A stretch of DNA of 64,000 nucleotides, taken from positions 3,616,001 to 3,680,000 of the forward strand of contig CP166615.1 in assembly GCA_041937175.2 (NCBI GenBank). The letters are read 5' to 3'. Position numbers and translations under genes: made by a program. Source of the stretch: Limnothrix sp. BL-A-16 (GTDB taxonomy: Bacteria > Cyanobacteriota > Cyanobacteriia > CACIAM-69d). Positions within the stretch are counted from its first letter, which is position 1, and each line of letters starts with the position of its first letter. Of this stretch, positions 51,766 through 63,010 are shown one piece after another. The notes beneath the pieces were generated by a model, which was not told the DNA's origin, made no database searches, and was given only the letters and a program-made list of their open reading frames with translations.

Positions 51766-53544
51766 CTAGGCAGCTCCCAACCAGCCGGCCAGGAGTTTTT
51801 CCTGAAGCGGGCTGATGTCTTTGAGGAGGGTCACTTCATAGCGACTGGGCTTGGGATCAGCCAGTTCTACGGTGGTGGATTGGAGTTGATCTTGATGGAA
51901 ATAGGTAATGGTGAGTCGATCGCCCGGTTGATAGTCTCGGAGGCGATCGGGCAATTGTCCCGCTGCTAGGCGAATGCCATCTAAAGCCAGAATTTCATCA
52001 CCAGGATCGATACCGGCGTGATGAGCAGGTGATTGCGCTTCGGTAAATTTCACCATTTCGCGGCCCTGCTCGGTGGCCAGACGCAAGCCCAAGTAGGGGA
52101 CTGCGCGATCGACAATTCCCCTTAGCTCTAAGCCAAAGGGTTGCAGATAGGTTTGGAGTGGCAATTCTTCGGTGGTGTGCAAATAGCGCTGGAAGAAATC
52201 GCTCAGGTTTTCTTCAGCCACTTCAGCAATCATGGACTCCAATTGTTGAGTGGTGAAGCCCACTTCTGGTTGGCCAAACACTTGCCACAAGCGCTGCAAA
52301 ACATCATCAAGCGATCGAGCATTGTCAAACTTGGCCCGAATTTTTAAATCCAACAGCAAAGAAACCATTTCTCCCTTCAGGTAATAGGAAATTTGGTTGT
52401 TGCCGCTGTGGGCTTCGGCCCGATAAAGCTTAATCCAAGCATCAAAGCTCGACTCGGCCAAAGGCTGAACCAACCGTCCCGGTGTATTCAGATAGCGCGT
52501 GATTTCCTTGCTCAATTGCGTTAGGAAATCTGCTCGGTTATAGATACCCGCACGACAGGGAATTTGCAAATCATAGTAGCTAGTAGTTCCTTCGCAAAAC
52601 CACAGGGACGGCGTGTAGTTTTCCGCATCATAATCAAAGGTTTCTAGCTCTTTGGGCCGGATTCGTTTCACGTTCCACAGGTGGAAAAATTCATGGGCCA
52701 CCAGTTGCATGAACTGATGGCGCTTTTCCGTTTGCTGGAATCCATAGCGGTTATAAATCAGGGAACAGGAGTTCTTATGCTCCAGTCCGCCATAGCCCTG
52801 ACCAGTGAGATGCAAAATAAATAGGTAGCGATCGTAGGGCAGGCCGCCAAACAGGTCAGCTTCAACTTTGATGATTTTTTCAAAGTCCTCAAGAATCGAT
52901 TGAGGTTCCAGGTTGCCATCGCCCCAAATTGCTAGTTCATGGGATTTGCCCAGCACTTTAAAGCGATGTAGTTGATGGGTTCCAATTTCAAAGGGACTAT
53001 CAACCAGTTGATCAAAATTAGCAGCTTGGAAGGTTTTTTGGGTTCCTTGATCGTTGACCAAGGGCAGAGCAGTGGCCACTTGCCAGTCCGATCGGGGCAG
53101 GGCAATGGTCACTTGCAGCGGAATTTCCAACCCGCCCACGGGATAGAGGAACGTGGCTGCTCCGTTGAAGTAGGCATGGGTGCGATCGAGATGGTTCGTG
53201 CGCACGGTCAATTCATTGGCAAACAGACGATAGCGAATGGTGACCGTTTCTAGCTGCCCGATCGCCACTTGCCAGTGATTTTTAGCCAGCTTTCGCCACA
53301 GCAGTTGCTGTTGGTTTGCTCCCCAAGCACTGAAGTCTTGCAGATGCCGTTCATACTCCCGAATCAGATAGGAACCGGGAGTCCAAACGGGAAATTTGAG
53401 GTCTAAGGTGGTGCTTTGCCACCCCTCCAGCATCAGCTCAATTTCAAAGAGATGGGTTTGTGGCTCGGGCATGGCCACTTGATAGGTTAACCGTGGCAAC
53501 TGGGCTGCTCGACGATCGGGCGAAGTGGCAATTGCTTGGGTCAT
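51766..53544 (-). CDS. M61 family glycyl aminopeptidase with PDZ domain
   Basis: PVWTPGSY, GGLEH, AHEFFHLWNVKRIRP, EGTTSYY. Confidence 0.94.
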   Translation of the reverse strand: MTQAIATSPDRRAAQLPRLTYQVAMPEPQTHLFEIELMLEGWQSTTLDLKFPVWTPGSYLIREYERHLQDFSAWGANQQQLLWRKLAKNHWQVAIGQLETVTIRYRLFANELTVRTNHLDRTHAYFNGAATFLYPVGGLEIPLQVTIALPRSDWQVATALPLVNDQGTQKTFQAANFDQLVDSPFEIGTHQLHRFKVLGKSHELAIWGDGNLEPQSILEDFEKIIKVEADLFGGLPYDRYLFILHLTGQGYGGLEHKNSCSLIYNRYGFQQTEKRHQFMQLVAHEFFHLWNVKRIRPKELETFDYDAENYTPSLWFCEGTTSYYDLQIPCRAGIYNRADFLTQLSKEITRYLNTPGRLVQPLAESSFDAWIKLYRAEAHSGNNQISYYLKGEMVSLLLDLKIRAKFDNARSLDDVLQRLWQVFGQPEVGFTTQQLESMIAEVAEENLSDFFQRYLHTTEELPLQTYLQPFGLELRGIVDRAVPYLGLRLATEQGREMVKFTEAQSPAHHAGIDPGDEILALDGIRLAAGQLPDRLRDYQPGDRLTITYFHQDQLQSTTVELADPKPSRYEVTLLKDISPLQEKLLAGWLGAA

Positions 53545-53638
53545 GGGTTGGGGAAATGGAAAACGTCATCAAAAGAATGCAATCACGGCCGAGGAAAGGG
53601 TCAGGGGCCAACTGACCATTCTGCTCGATAGCCTCTCA

Positions 53639-54343
53639 CTAACCTTGGCTCGCCAGTTGTCGTAACTGTGGCAAAAAGGGCAAGTGCATAATTTTTTCGT
53701 GCGGATCGATCTTCACCCAACCTTTTTCTTGCAGCTTCGCCATGATTTTGGCAGTTTCTTCGAGGGTAATGTCACTGACTTCTGCCAAATCCCTGAGCGG
53801 GATATTGAGAATGTCGCGTCCCCGATCGGCCGGTTGTCCGTAGTCATCGGCCAAAGAAGCCAAGGTGTTTGCTAATTTGACGGCGCTCGGTTTTCGGCGC
53901 AACTGTAAGCGGGTGTTGGCATTCCGAACCCGGCGCACCATGAGTTGCAGCAGTCGGTGATGCAGTTGGGAATCTTTAAACAGGGTTTGGACAAATCGTT
54001 GAGCGGAGATGCTAAATAATTCCACTTCGCTCAGGGCCAGCACATCGGTCGATCGCGGTGATTCGTCCAAGATGGCCATTTCTCCAAAAAAGTCACCCTG
54101 ACCCAAAATAGCCAAGGTCATGTCTTTGTCCCCCGAGAGCCGACGGACTTTCACCCATCCGGAGGCAATGAAATAGACCGCATTTCCCCAAGAGTCTTCC
54201 ATTAAAACGGCGCGTCCTGCGGGGTAATCATGCTCGACTGCGGCCGCCAACAGCCAATCGAGCGTTTCTTGACTGGCCGCATTGAACAATGGAAAAAGCT
54301 CTGTAAAGGTTTCAGTTTGCATTGCCGGAGAGTTAGTTGGCAT
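53639..54343 (-). CDS. Crp/Fnr family transcriptional regulator
   Basis: cNMP domain FFGEMAILDESPRS plus C-terminal HTH; start 54343 or 54322. Confidence 0.9.
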   Translation of the reverse strand: MPTNSPAMQTETFTELFPLFNAASQETLDWLLAAAVEHDYPAGRAVLMEDSWGNAVYFIASGWVKVRRLSGDKDMTLAILGQGDFFGEMAILDESPRSTDVLALSEVELFSISAQRFVQTLFKDSQLHHRLLQLMVRRVRNANTRLQLRRKPSAVKLANTLASLADDYGQPADRGRDILNIPLRDLAEVSDITLEETAKIMAKLQEKGWVKIDPHEKIMHLPFLPQLRQLASQG

Positions 54344-54883
54344 GGTTCTTTGAGCCTAGCAAGATTCTGTCCTAGATGGCAGATGAAACACCCAGAGTCT
54401 TGACGAATTGCGGTTGGGTTTCGGTGGTTCGGGATGGGGCGATCGCCCCATTCTCCTAGGCTGAGTTACGAGTCTGAATTATGACTCTAAGTGCCTGGCC
54501 CCATGACTCAACGCAAGGACACTCAATCACTGGCCACAACCGACCACCATCAACCATCCGTTGAATTTAAGGCCCAACGGTTCTCTTCTGGCCATTGGTT
54601 GAATGGTGGTGTTGAATCATCTTCTATGACGTTCTGAAGCAGCATTCGGGCCAGCCTGAATTAACCCTAGTTGCTGAGGGTTAATTCCCGTTAATCATCT
54701 CTTCCTTAGGATCTTCGTCGTTGAACGAGGAAAATCCTCCCAAAACCGAACAAAATTCCGGTCTTTTGGGCGAAGCACCGATTAACAATCTTCAGGACAT
54801 CTTGGGGCTGACGAGGCTTGCGCGATCGCCCCCATCGTGATGCACTAAAGGGTGTCGTTGCGTTCTGTAAAGAAATCTGTTCT

Positions 54884-55639
54884 GTGAAGATTTCTGTATT
54901 TCATACCCCGGAGTTAACCCCCCAATTTTCGGGGAGCGAGTCGCCGACGACCCCAGCGCCGGACTGTGCGATCGCCATTGATGTGTTGCGGGCCACGACC
55001 ACGATCGCCACAGCGCTAGCCGCCGGAGCGGAATCGGTGCAGGCCTTTTGCACCCTTGAAGAATTGATGACCACCAGCGAGGCTTGGCCGGCTGATCGCC
55101 GCATTCGGATTGGCGAGCGGGGCGGCAAAACCGTGGAAGGCTGTGATTTGGGCAACTCTCCCCTAGACTGTACCCCCGATCGGGTGGCGGGCAAACGTCT
55201 GTTCATGAGCACCACCAACGGCACGCGGGCCCTGCAAACCATCCAAAACGCCCCGGTTGTTTTGGCGGCGGCCCTGGTGAATCGACGGGCGATCGTGGAT
55301 TTTGTGTTGGCCCAACAACCCGCCACCCTCTGGATGACCGCTTCCGGCTGGGAAGGCAGCTTTTCCCTGGAAGATACGGTCTGTGCGGGGGCGATTATTT
55401 CTGCCCTGTTGGAAAAACTGGGTCAGGACGCAGATTGGTTCGGCAACGATGAGGCCGTGGCGGCGTTGGCGCTCTATGACCAATGGCGCGATCGACTGCT
55501 GCAACTGTTTCACCAGGCAAGCCATGGCCAACGCTTGCTGCGGCTAGGTTTGCTGGAGGATTTGGAATATTGCGCCAGTCAGGATCGGCTGGACGTGGTG
55601 CCCATTCAAACGGCTCCGGCAGTATTAACCCGTGCGTAG
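54884..55639 (+). CDS. comB: 2-phosphosulfolactate phosphatase family protein
   Basis: [35 protein letters not shown] start. Confidence 0.9.
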   Translation: MKISVFHTPELTPQFSGSESPTTPAPDCAIAIDVLRATTTIATALAAGAESVQAFCTLEELMTTSEAWPADRRIRIGERGGKTVEGCDLGNSPLDCTPDRVAGKRLFMSTTNGTRALQTIQNAPVVLAAALVNRRAIVDFVLAQQPATLWMTASGWEGSFSLEDTVCAGAIISALLEKLGQDADWFGNDEAVAALALYDQWRDRLLQLFHQASHGQRLLRLGLLEDLEYCASQDRLDVVPIQTAPAVLTRA

Positions 55640-55708
55640 GTCGCGTCCAGGTCGCGCTTAGTGCGGCTTGAGTTCGTGCCGAGTTGACCAAAACCAGCGC
55701 CCAGTTAG

Positions 55709-56281
55709 CTATCGGCCCCGGCTGATGGCTGGCTGCACCATGGACAGGGCCAATTCACTAAAGATCTCATCCACATTGCTGCCACTTTTGGCGGAAGTCC
55801 AATAGAGGGAGTAGGTCACGCCGGCCAGGAGGGTTTCCACCTGAAGCTGGAGATGATGTTTATGGGACTCGTCCATCAAATCGACTTTGTTGATGGCCAA
55901 AATCACGACACTGGTGGGCGAGACCGATCGCACCAAATTGGCATGGTCACGCAGATGACTCACCGTGTCGGGGCGGGTGGCATCGGCCACCACGATCGCC
56001 CCAGAGGATCCTTGAAGATAGCTGGGGGCAATTCGCTGAAACTTGGTTTGGCCCTCCACATCCCAAATCAGCAACTGCAATTCCATCGGCTCCGGCCGCT
56101 CAGCAGCCCGATCGAGGGACATCTCTGGCAGCGGCACGGGCACAATCTTCCGCGAAATCTTCACCCCAATGGTGGACAAGTAGCGATCGCTAAATTGCCG
56201 ATCCACAAATCGACGAATCAGGCTGGTTTTGCCAACTGCATAATCACCGACCAAACAAATTTTTTTTGAAAGGGTTTGCAT
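55709..56281 (-). CDS. Rab-like small GTPase
   Basis: G1 GDYAVGKTS, G2 YLSTIG, G3 WDVEG, G4 NKVD, G5 SAK. Confidence 0.92.
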   Translation of the reverse strand: MQTLSKKICLVGDYAVGKTSLIRRFVDRQFSDRYLSTIGVKISRKIVPVPLPEMSLDRAAERPEPMELQLLIWDVEGQTKFQRIAPSYLQGSSGAIVVADATRPDTVSHLRDHANLVRSVSPTSVVILAINKVDLMDESHKHHLQLQVETLLAGVTYSLYWTSAKSGSNVDEIFSELALSMVQPAISRGR

Positions 56282-56704
56282 GGCTTTAGGGGGTTGGCAA
56301 ACGCACCGGCGACTGGGCCGATTGTAGAAGACAGGATGGAAACTGGCCTAAATTCAACGGCAAAACTCCCGATTTTCGGGCCCCCTGGCGATCGCTGATC
56401 AGCAATTCAGCGGTCAGGGTTTGCCGCTTGTGAACAGTTGATTAGCCCTCGCCCACCAAGCCTCTGCAACCCATCCATGGACTTGGGGGATTGTGGGGAA
56501 ATGATGGGGATTGTTCAAAGCAAGGCGATCGCCCTGCAGCGGCATTCCAGCCGGTTAATGATCCAAAGTTGACGATCCCAATCGGACGCATCAGGGGACT
56601 TGGGCCAGCCGGGTCAACCGGAGCAATCACCCATTAACCGTTGAGTAGGGGAAAAACATCGTAAACGGATTGGCTTCACGATGGATGGGGAATGGATCAG
56701 AAAT

Positions 56705-59158
56705 TTAAGGCGCTGGGATTGCTTCAAAGCGCACGCAACGACTCATCCATTCCCCATCGCCTTGGGTCACGTCTGGCGGAGGCCCAACCTGGGCGCTAGG
56801 CACTAACCGCTGGGCCGAAATGCCTCGGCTAATGAGGGCCGATCGCACCAATTGTGCTCGCTGCAAGGCCAGGGCCGACGCATTGGGTTCGGTGGGGGCG
56901 CTGTGACCCACCACGCGCAGGTTGAGATCCGGATAGCTTTGCAGGAATTGGCGAATGGGGTCGATTTTGCCAGCGATATCGATATCGACAAACCGATCGG
57001 CTCCTAACTCAAAGTACAACCGAACGGTCAGACTCGGAATCACAATTTGCAACGAATTGACGACACGGTTGGTGCCGGGCACTCGCTCAAAGGCCGCCGC
57101 GATCGCGCTGGCTTCGGCCCGGCTGCGGGCCGAGCCGGTGACGGTGACCGTTCCGCCGGATTGCGCATCAATGCTGTAGCTGGCGTTGACCACATTGCCA
57201 TCCCGGTTCAAGGTTTTGGCAATCCGCTGCACCTCAGCAGCAGCCAGAATGGGATCCGTGGGCAACTGCACAGCAATGATTTGATTTTTGGGGGGTGTGG
57301 CTTGCTGAAATCGTTTTGGATCGATCGCCCGATAGGTGTCGGTGGCCGTGCGTTCGGCCTGGAATCGCAGCCAAGGATAGGGAACTTTGCCCCGCAATCG
57401 CAGTTGATCGCCTTGTAAGTCAACGGAGAGGTTATACACCGCCAATTGGGGAGAGGTATTCAAGGCCCCTTGCACAGCCGCCAACAGGCTCCGGTTGCGC
57501 TGGTTTTGATAGTTCCACCAAATCCAAGGGGCCGCGATCGCCGCACTCAGCACCAAAATTAGCCCCGTCAAAGCCCAAGGAAACCCACCCCGCCGATTCA
57601 GGTACGAACGCTGTTGGATGGGGCGCACCAAGCCGGTCACGGCCGTGTGAACGGGGGCCGGCAGGGTGCGGGAGTCGCCATCAAAGGATTGCAGGGGGCG
57701 ATCGTACCGTTCCACCAACCGCTCCAGGGTCGATCGCAACTGGCGGTAAAACCCCTTGGAGGGTTGCCCTTTTACAATCACCGCTAAATAGCAGTAGCCG
57801 GCCACCTCCATGGCAATTTGCGAATCGTTGTACTGAATTTCGTGCAGTTCGGACACGTTGTCGCCTTGCACCATGCAATCATTCACGAAACTGCGAATGG
57901 CCGTGAGCATTCCCGCCAGCATGTCCCCTTCGAGGGGATCTTGGTCAGCGGATTGACATTCGCTCATCACCAGGCCCGAGGCCTTGTGAATCAAAAAAGC
58001 CGCCTGAACCCGATAGGGCATGGCTTCCCGCAAAATCAGCTCCGCTTCGGATACCCCTTGCACTTTGGCTCGCATCTTGCGGCTTACCCCTTCCATGCTC
58101 AGGGTGTTATGCACCTTTTCGTTGATGGATTCGATCGCGTCTTTCATGTACTTGGCGATCGTATTGCCAATGACGGGATAGAGCGCATCCACCATGGCAT
58201 CCCGTTCTAGGGCAATTTGCTCTTTAATCGAAGCGCCCATCATCGGCCCGAGAGCTTGAATCATCGAGTCCGAATCAAGCTGGTATTGCTCCCGCATGGC
58301 GGAGGCGGTTTCGGGAGCAATTGCATGGGCGATCGCCAGGGCCAAATCAGCGGGCGCATCCTGCATTCGCTGCACGATCGCCGCATCCAGCACCGGGGCG
58401 ATCGCCTCGGCCATGGCTTGTCGATCCTGAAGCGATCGCTCGTAAATCAGGCGATCGATCGTGGGCAACAGGGCTTGGCAAATTTCTTCGCGGGCATCCA
58501 GCACCCGCCGTTCAATCAACCGGGCAATCAGGGGCGACAGGTGCGCCACCAGTTGATCGGCATTTTGCAGCAGGGACTCAATCGCATCCACCTGCTGCTG
58601 AACCCGTTGCATTTTGCCGCGCAGGGCTTCCACCCGATCTTCCACGCGGACAAAGTTGTCACCAATCAACAGGGACTGCAACTGCTCCCAGGCATCTTCC
58701 CCCGAGCTGCCGCTACCTTCGGAGGGTGCGCCGTTGCCGTTGGCCCCGTTAGCCGCTTTTGGGGTGGCGGTGTCTGGCCCCGATCGCTCGGCTAGGGGCG
58801 ATCGACCCGTCGCGGGCAAAGGCGGGGTCAACAAATCCGGATCGGCCCCAAACGGATTGATCGGTGGCTGATTACGGTCTGCCAAGTTGTCTGCCAAATT
58901 TTCTGCCAAATCGGCTGCTAAGTCGGCGGCCAAGTCGGCTTCTACCAAGATCGAGCGAGATCCTGTTAAGTCGGATCCCGCTCGATCTTGAGGTGTTTCA
59001 TCAGGAGCCGCGAGACGACTCGCCACCGAACCTTGGGGTTGCGGGGCGATCGAACTGGGCGGCCGCTCCGTGGGCGACTGAGACGATCGGCCCAACTGAC
59101 TCAGCAGATCTAGCCAATCCTCCACCGGCTCCGACTCGGAATGATTGCGATCGGGCAT
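56705..59158 (-). CDS. Single-TM protein with BON and OmpA-like C-terminal domains
   Basis: Helical repeats, LAGMLTAIRSF domain, TM FPWALTGLILVL, BON-like segments, OmpA-like VVGHS..LALQRA..VR..SRCVRF. Confidence 0.85.
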   Translation of the reverse strand: MPDRNHSESEPVEDWLDLLSQLGRSSQSPTERPPSSIAPQPQGSVASRLAAPDETPQDRAGSDLTGSRSILVEADLAADLAADLAENLADNLADRNQPPINPFGADPDLLTPPLPATGRSPLAERSGPDTATPKAANGANGNGAPSEGSGSSGEDAWEQLQSLLIGDNFVRVEDRVEALRGKMQRVQQQVDAIESLLQNADQLVAHLSPLIARLIERRVLDAREEICQALLPTIDRLIYERSLQDRQAMAEAIAPVLDAAIVQRMQDAPADLALAIAHAIAPETASAMREQYQLDSDSMIQALGPMMGASIKEQIALERDAMVDALYPVIGNTIAKYMKDAIESINEKVHNTLSMEGVSRKMRAKVQGVSEAELILREAMPYRVQAAFLIHKASGLVMSECQSADQDPLEGDMLAGMLTAIRSFVNDCMVQGDNVSELHEIQYNDSQIAMEVAGYCYLAVIVKGQPSKGFYRQLRSTLERLVERYDRPLQSFDGDSRTLPAPVHTAVTGLVRPIQQRSYLNRRGGFPWALTGLILVLSAAIAAPWIWWNYQNQRNRSLLAAVQGALNTSPQLAVYNLSVDLQGDQLRLRGKVPYPWLRFQAERTATDTYRAIDPKRFQQATPPKNQIIAVQLPTDPILAAAEVQRIAKTLNRDGNVVNASYSIDAQSGGTVTVTGSARSRAEASAIAAAFERVPGTNRVVNSLQIVIPSLTVRLYFELGADRFVDIDIAGKIDPIRQFLQSYPDLNLRVVGHSAPTEPNASALALQRAQLVRSALISRGISAQRLVPSAQVGPPPDVTQGDGEWMSRCVRFEAIPAP

Positions 59159-59331
59159 AGGGCCAGCACTCCAACCAACTCAATCCAACAGTGACAACGG
59201 GTTCCATCCAGTCTAGGAAATCTTCCTAAGAAAAACCCACCGTTGGCCCAATGCCCGATCGGCCAGGATTGGCGAACCGGCCCGCATGATGGTTGCGCCT
59301 CAGTCCGGTTAACCATTGATTAACCCTCTGA

Positions 59332-59925
59332 TTAACCCTCCGGCGACACCAGTTCCACCGACAGGGCACTTGGCGGATCGATCGCCGCTTGCAACGCCGG
59401 AACCACATCCTGACCCTTCAGGCGCATTCCCAGCTCAAACATCAACTCCGCCAACGTTTCGCGCTCCACCTTGTTATCGCGCAAGGACGAGAACCGCGCA
59501 TCCAGCTCCTCAAAAATTTGAGCACGCAGGGTGCGGATGTCCTCTTGCAGCTTGTCGCGGCTTTCGTTCAAGCGACCATCGATCGCCGTGGTTTTTTCCT
59601 CAAAGGCCCGATCCAGCTCCTCAAAGATGGCCTGAACCCGCCGCCCCAAGCGATCGTTCTGTTGTTGCAAGTCCGTTGTTTCCTCTTGCATCTTGGTGGT
59701 GAACCCCTTCAAACGCTTATCCAGCGCCTCCAGGGAAGCTTGCAATTGGGTTGAGAGGGAAACCTTCACCTCCTCAATCCGATCCTGCAAATCCTGATGC
59801 ACCAGATTGAGTTCCGACTCCATTTGCGCAAAGCGATTTTCATAGTCGCGAAGCTGGGAGCCGACCAAGATGTCGCGGATTTGATCAATGTTGCCTAACC
59901 GTTCCCGAATGTCTTGGCGATCCAT
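59332..59925 (-). CDS. Coiled-coil (apolipoprotein-like) protein
   Basis: IDQIRDILVG..YENRF heptads; similar to the N-terminal helix of the neighbouring BON/OmpA protein. Confidence 0.8.
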   Translation of the reverse strand: MDRQDIRERLGNIDQIRDILVGSQLRDYENRFAQMESELNLVHQDLQDRIEEVKVSLSTQLQASLEALDKRLKGFTTKMQEETTDLQQQNDRLGRRVQAIFEELDRAFEEKTTAIDGRLNESRDKLQEDIRTLRAQIFEELDARFSSLRDNKVERETLAELMFELGMRLKGQDVVPALQAAIDPPSALSVELVSPEG

Positions 59926-60215
59926 GGCTTGCCTCGCTGTTGCTGATACCTAAAAACAAACGACAGAGCTTGTCAGAAAAAGAGGGTGGGTGTGGTTCGG
60001 CAGGAGCGCGCTGCAAAAGCCGATCTGTGATGGCACAGGGTGCGATGGCACAGAAATAGCCCCGAACGGCCTGATTGTATCTCGATCGCCCCCTAGGGCC
60101 GGCCCCAGATTCGTTAACCATGGGTGCAAAACCACAGGTTTAAAACCACTTTATGGGCTGCTGCATAGGCTCAGGCAGCGCCAGAGCGAATTAAAGGGAG
60201 ATCGACTAAACCGGC

Positions 60216-60425
60216 TTAAACACTCAGCTTCAGGGCCGCCACGGGCACATCGTCCCAGGAATCCACGGTGCGCATGGTTACCACCCAACCCTCCTGGCGC
60301 TGTTCATCGGTCAGATTTTCTTGAAAAGACTCATAGCAGGCCTGGGCCTGTTCTTCGCTGGTAGAAGCAATGCAAGCGTGGGAAATGCCTGCGGGGTCAA
60401 TTTGTTCGTTTACCCAAATGGTCAT
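60216..60425 (-). CDS. Small conserved cyanobacterial hypothetical protein
   Basis: WVNEQIDP.G...ACIA..GW...R.V.SWDDVPV.ALKL. Confidence 0.8.
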   Translation of the reverse strand: MTIWVNEQIDPAGISHACIASTSEEQAQACYESFQENLTDEQRQEGWVVTMRTVDSWDDVPVAALKLSV

Positions 60426-61140
60426 GACGACTGATTCTCAATGGCTGCAAGGAGTAGCAATGGATAGATTGCAATATCCGCCTCCAGTCTACTCATTCCC
60501 ACCCAGCGCCCTGGGGAATGTGTCAGGTCGGCAATGCAAGGGTTGGGGCGATCGGGGCGCTTCCCCAGAAAATCAACCGTCCGGAAATTTTGACAAAAAT
60601 TTGAGTTGGGGACTAGAAAAATAACGAACGTTCGATTTAAAATAAATTCGAGTTCAGAACCCCAACCCTCAACTCATCAACCGGCAGCCTGCGACCCCAT
60701 GCGGAGGGTTCGAGTCCTGAAGATGCAAATTGAATGCAAATTGAATGCAAATCTTTTGGTCTGGAATCTTTCGGCTGAGGATTCGTCCCAAGTTGCCACC
60801 ATTTCGGTTACAAGATTCAGTCATCCAAGCCTGAAAACAATGACCAACCATCCTTAACCGTCTCTTGATCGTAATTCCTAACAATCATGATCAAGAATTA
60901 TCGAGAGAGTTAGTCAATAAGTCGTTTGTAATTCCGTTGGTGATCCCATTGATGTAACCCTTGGTTCAGCATCAATTTGGCACCGATTCGGCATGAACAC
61001 GGCATTCATCGAGCATTGATCGACCCCCTGATCATGCATTACAAAATGTCGATTTCAATGCCAGTTCCAGTGCCAATTTTGCGCAGGTGAGGTAGTGTGG
61101 CTGCACAAAAACCGATTAAAAACACTTGCGTATTGAGCCA

Positions 61141-61758
61141 ATGCCCAAAATTGTTGATCACGAAAGCTATCGCCAAGAACTCCTGAGTCGTTGCTTTGCT
61201 TTGTTTGCCGAACGGGGCTACCACGCACTCACGATTCGGGAAATTGCAAAGGGACTCGGTGTTTCCACCGGAACCCTTTACCACTACTTCGAGAGCAAAG
61301 AAGACCTCTTCATCCAACTCATGGACTACCTGAGCTTGGAGGATACGGGAGAGCAAGCGCTCAGCCAGTTGAGCCATCCGCTGACCCTCGCTGAACGAAT
61401 TGTGGTGGTGATGGATTGCGTGATGGACAACGAGGAATATTTTCGCCAGCAGGATCTATTAATTGCGGAGTTTTGCCGCCACCAAGGGGAAGTGGTGCGC
61501 AAAAATCCCTTGATTCAGGGGGCCCACGATCGCTATGTTCAGGCGCTGGCAGACTTTTTGGGAATTCACGATCGTCCGGTTTTGGAGTGTTTTTTGGCTT
61601 GGGTGAGTGGCTTGCTGTACCGCCGAATGCTTTTGGGTGAGCAGTTGGATTTGGCGGAACAGGCAGTTTTGATGTCCAAAATGCTAGCGGGCTACTGGGA
61701 GCAAACCAATCGTGATTGCAAAGTTCAGGAATTTCAACACGCTGGCTCTGGCGGCTAG
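61141..61758 (+). CDS. TetR/AcrR family regulator
   Basis: MPKIVDH, IREIAKGLGVSTGTLYHYFESKEDL. Confidence 0.93.
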   Translation: MPKIVDHESYRQELLSRCFALFAERGYHALTIREIAKGLGVSTGTLYHYFESKEDLFIQLMDYLSLEDTGEQALSQLSHPLTLAERIVVVMDCVMDNEEYFRQQDLLIAEFCRHQGEVVRKNPLIQGAHDRYVQALADFLGIHDRPVLECFLAWVSGLLYRRMLLGEQLDLAEQAVLMSKMLAGYWEQTNRDCKVQEFQHAGSGG

Positions 61759-63010
61759 CGCGGCGGCGGCTAGCATTGCCCTCGGGGCGATCGGGCTGTC
61801 GCAGTGGAACCGGGCGACGGCGGAACAACAGGCCCAAAGCGCAACCCCGGGGCCAGTGGTGCGATCGGGCGTGACGGCCCTGGGGCGGCTGGAGCCGGAG
61901 TCGGAGGTGGTGCGGTTGGCGGCTCCCTTGGCGCTGGATGGCGATCGGGTCAGTGAGTTGCGTGTGCGGGAGGGCGATCAGGTGCGGGAGGGGCAAGTGG
62001 TGGCCTTGTTGGCTTCGGAAACCGTGCTGGCCGCCGAATATAACGAAGCGAATCGCCAACTACAGGTGGCTGAAGCGCGCCTGGCCCAAGTGCGAGCCGG
62101 AGCCAAAACCGGCGACATCAACAGCCAGCGGGCCGCCGTGAACCGAGTGCAAGCCGAATGGCAAGGGAACACCGATGCTCAACGGGCCCAGCTCAGTCGG
62201 TTGCGGGCCCAGTGGCAAGGGCAGTTGGCCCAACAGTCGGCCGCTGTTCGCCGCTTGGAAGCGGAGTTAGCCAATGCCCAATCGGAATATCGGCGCTATG
62301 AGGCGCTTTATCAGGAAGGGGCGGAATCTGCCTCCCGGTACGATTCCAAGCGGCTGTCGGTGGAAACCTTGTTTCGGCAGCTTCAGGAAGCCCGGGCGGA
62401 ACTGAACCGGCTCGATCGCACCGGTCGCCAGGAAGTGCAAGAGGCCACGGCGGTGCTGAGTCGGGTTGAGCGGGCGGGCCAACAACAATGGCAAGAGGCC
62501 AAGTCCACCCTCAGCAGTGTGTCGGAAGTGCGGACGGTGGATGTACGCACGGCGTTGGCGGAAGTGGCGGCCGCCCGGGCCGCACGCGATCGGGCGGCGG
62601 CGGCCTTGGAACGGGCTTATCTGCGGGCCCCCAGCGATGGGCAAATTTTGAAGATCCATGCCCGGGCGGGCGAAAAGATTGGTGAGAGCGGCCTGCTTGA
62701 TCTGGCTCAGACCGATCGAATGGTGGCCGTGGCAGAGGTTTACCAAACCGATGTGGGGCTGGTGCGCGTTGGTCAACCGGCAACCGTTGTGGGTCAAGCT
62801 GTTCAGGGTAGCTTGCGCGGCACGGTGACCCAAGTGGGGCTGCAAGTGTTGCAACAAAACGTGTTTAGCAATCAGCCGGGCGAAAACCTTGATCGGCGGG
62901 TGGTGGAAGTGCGCATTTTGCTCGATCCCGCCAGCACGGCCCGCGTGCGATCGCTCACCAATTTGCAAGTGGAAGTGAGCATCGAAACCGGCACGGGCAA
63001 CGCTCGCTAA
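61712..63010 (+). CDS. devB: DevB-family ABC exporter membrane fusion protein
   Basis: VTALGRLEP, coiled coil, AEVYQTDV, DRRVVEVRI, TNLQVEV. Confidence 0.88.
   Translation: MIAKFRNFNTLALAASAAAASIALGAIGLSQWNRATAEQQAQSATPGPVVRSGVTALGRLEPESEVVRLAAPLALDGDRVSELRVREGDQVREGQVVALLASETVLAAEYNEANRQLQVAEARLAQVRAGAKTGDINSQRAAVNRVQAEWQGNTDAQRAQLSRLRAQWQGQLAQQSAAVRRLEAELANAQSEYRRYEALYQEGAESASRYDSKRLSVETLFRQLQEARAELNRLDRTGRQEVQEATAVLSRVERAGQQQWQEAKSTLSSVSEVRTVDVRTALAEVAAARAARDRAAAALERAYLRAPSDGQILKIHARAGEKIGESGLLDLAQTDRMVAVAEVYQTDVGLVRVGQPATVVGQAVQGSLRGTVTQVGLQVLQQNVFSNQPGENLDRRVVEVRILLDPASTARVRSLTNLQVEVSIETGTGNAR

Noticed and set aside
60216..60425. Assigning an enzymatic (glycogen debranching) function to the 69-aa ORF
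   Set aside because: Far too small for such an enzyme; left as hypothetical.
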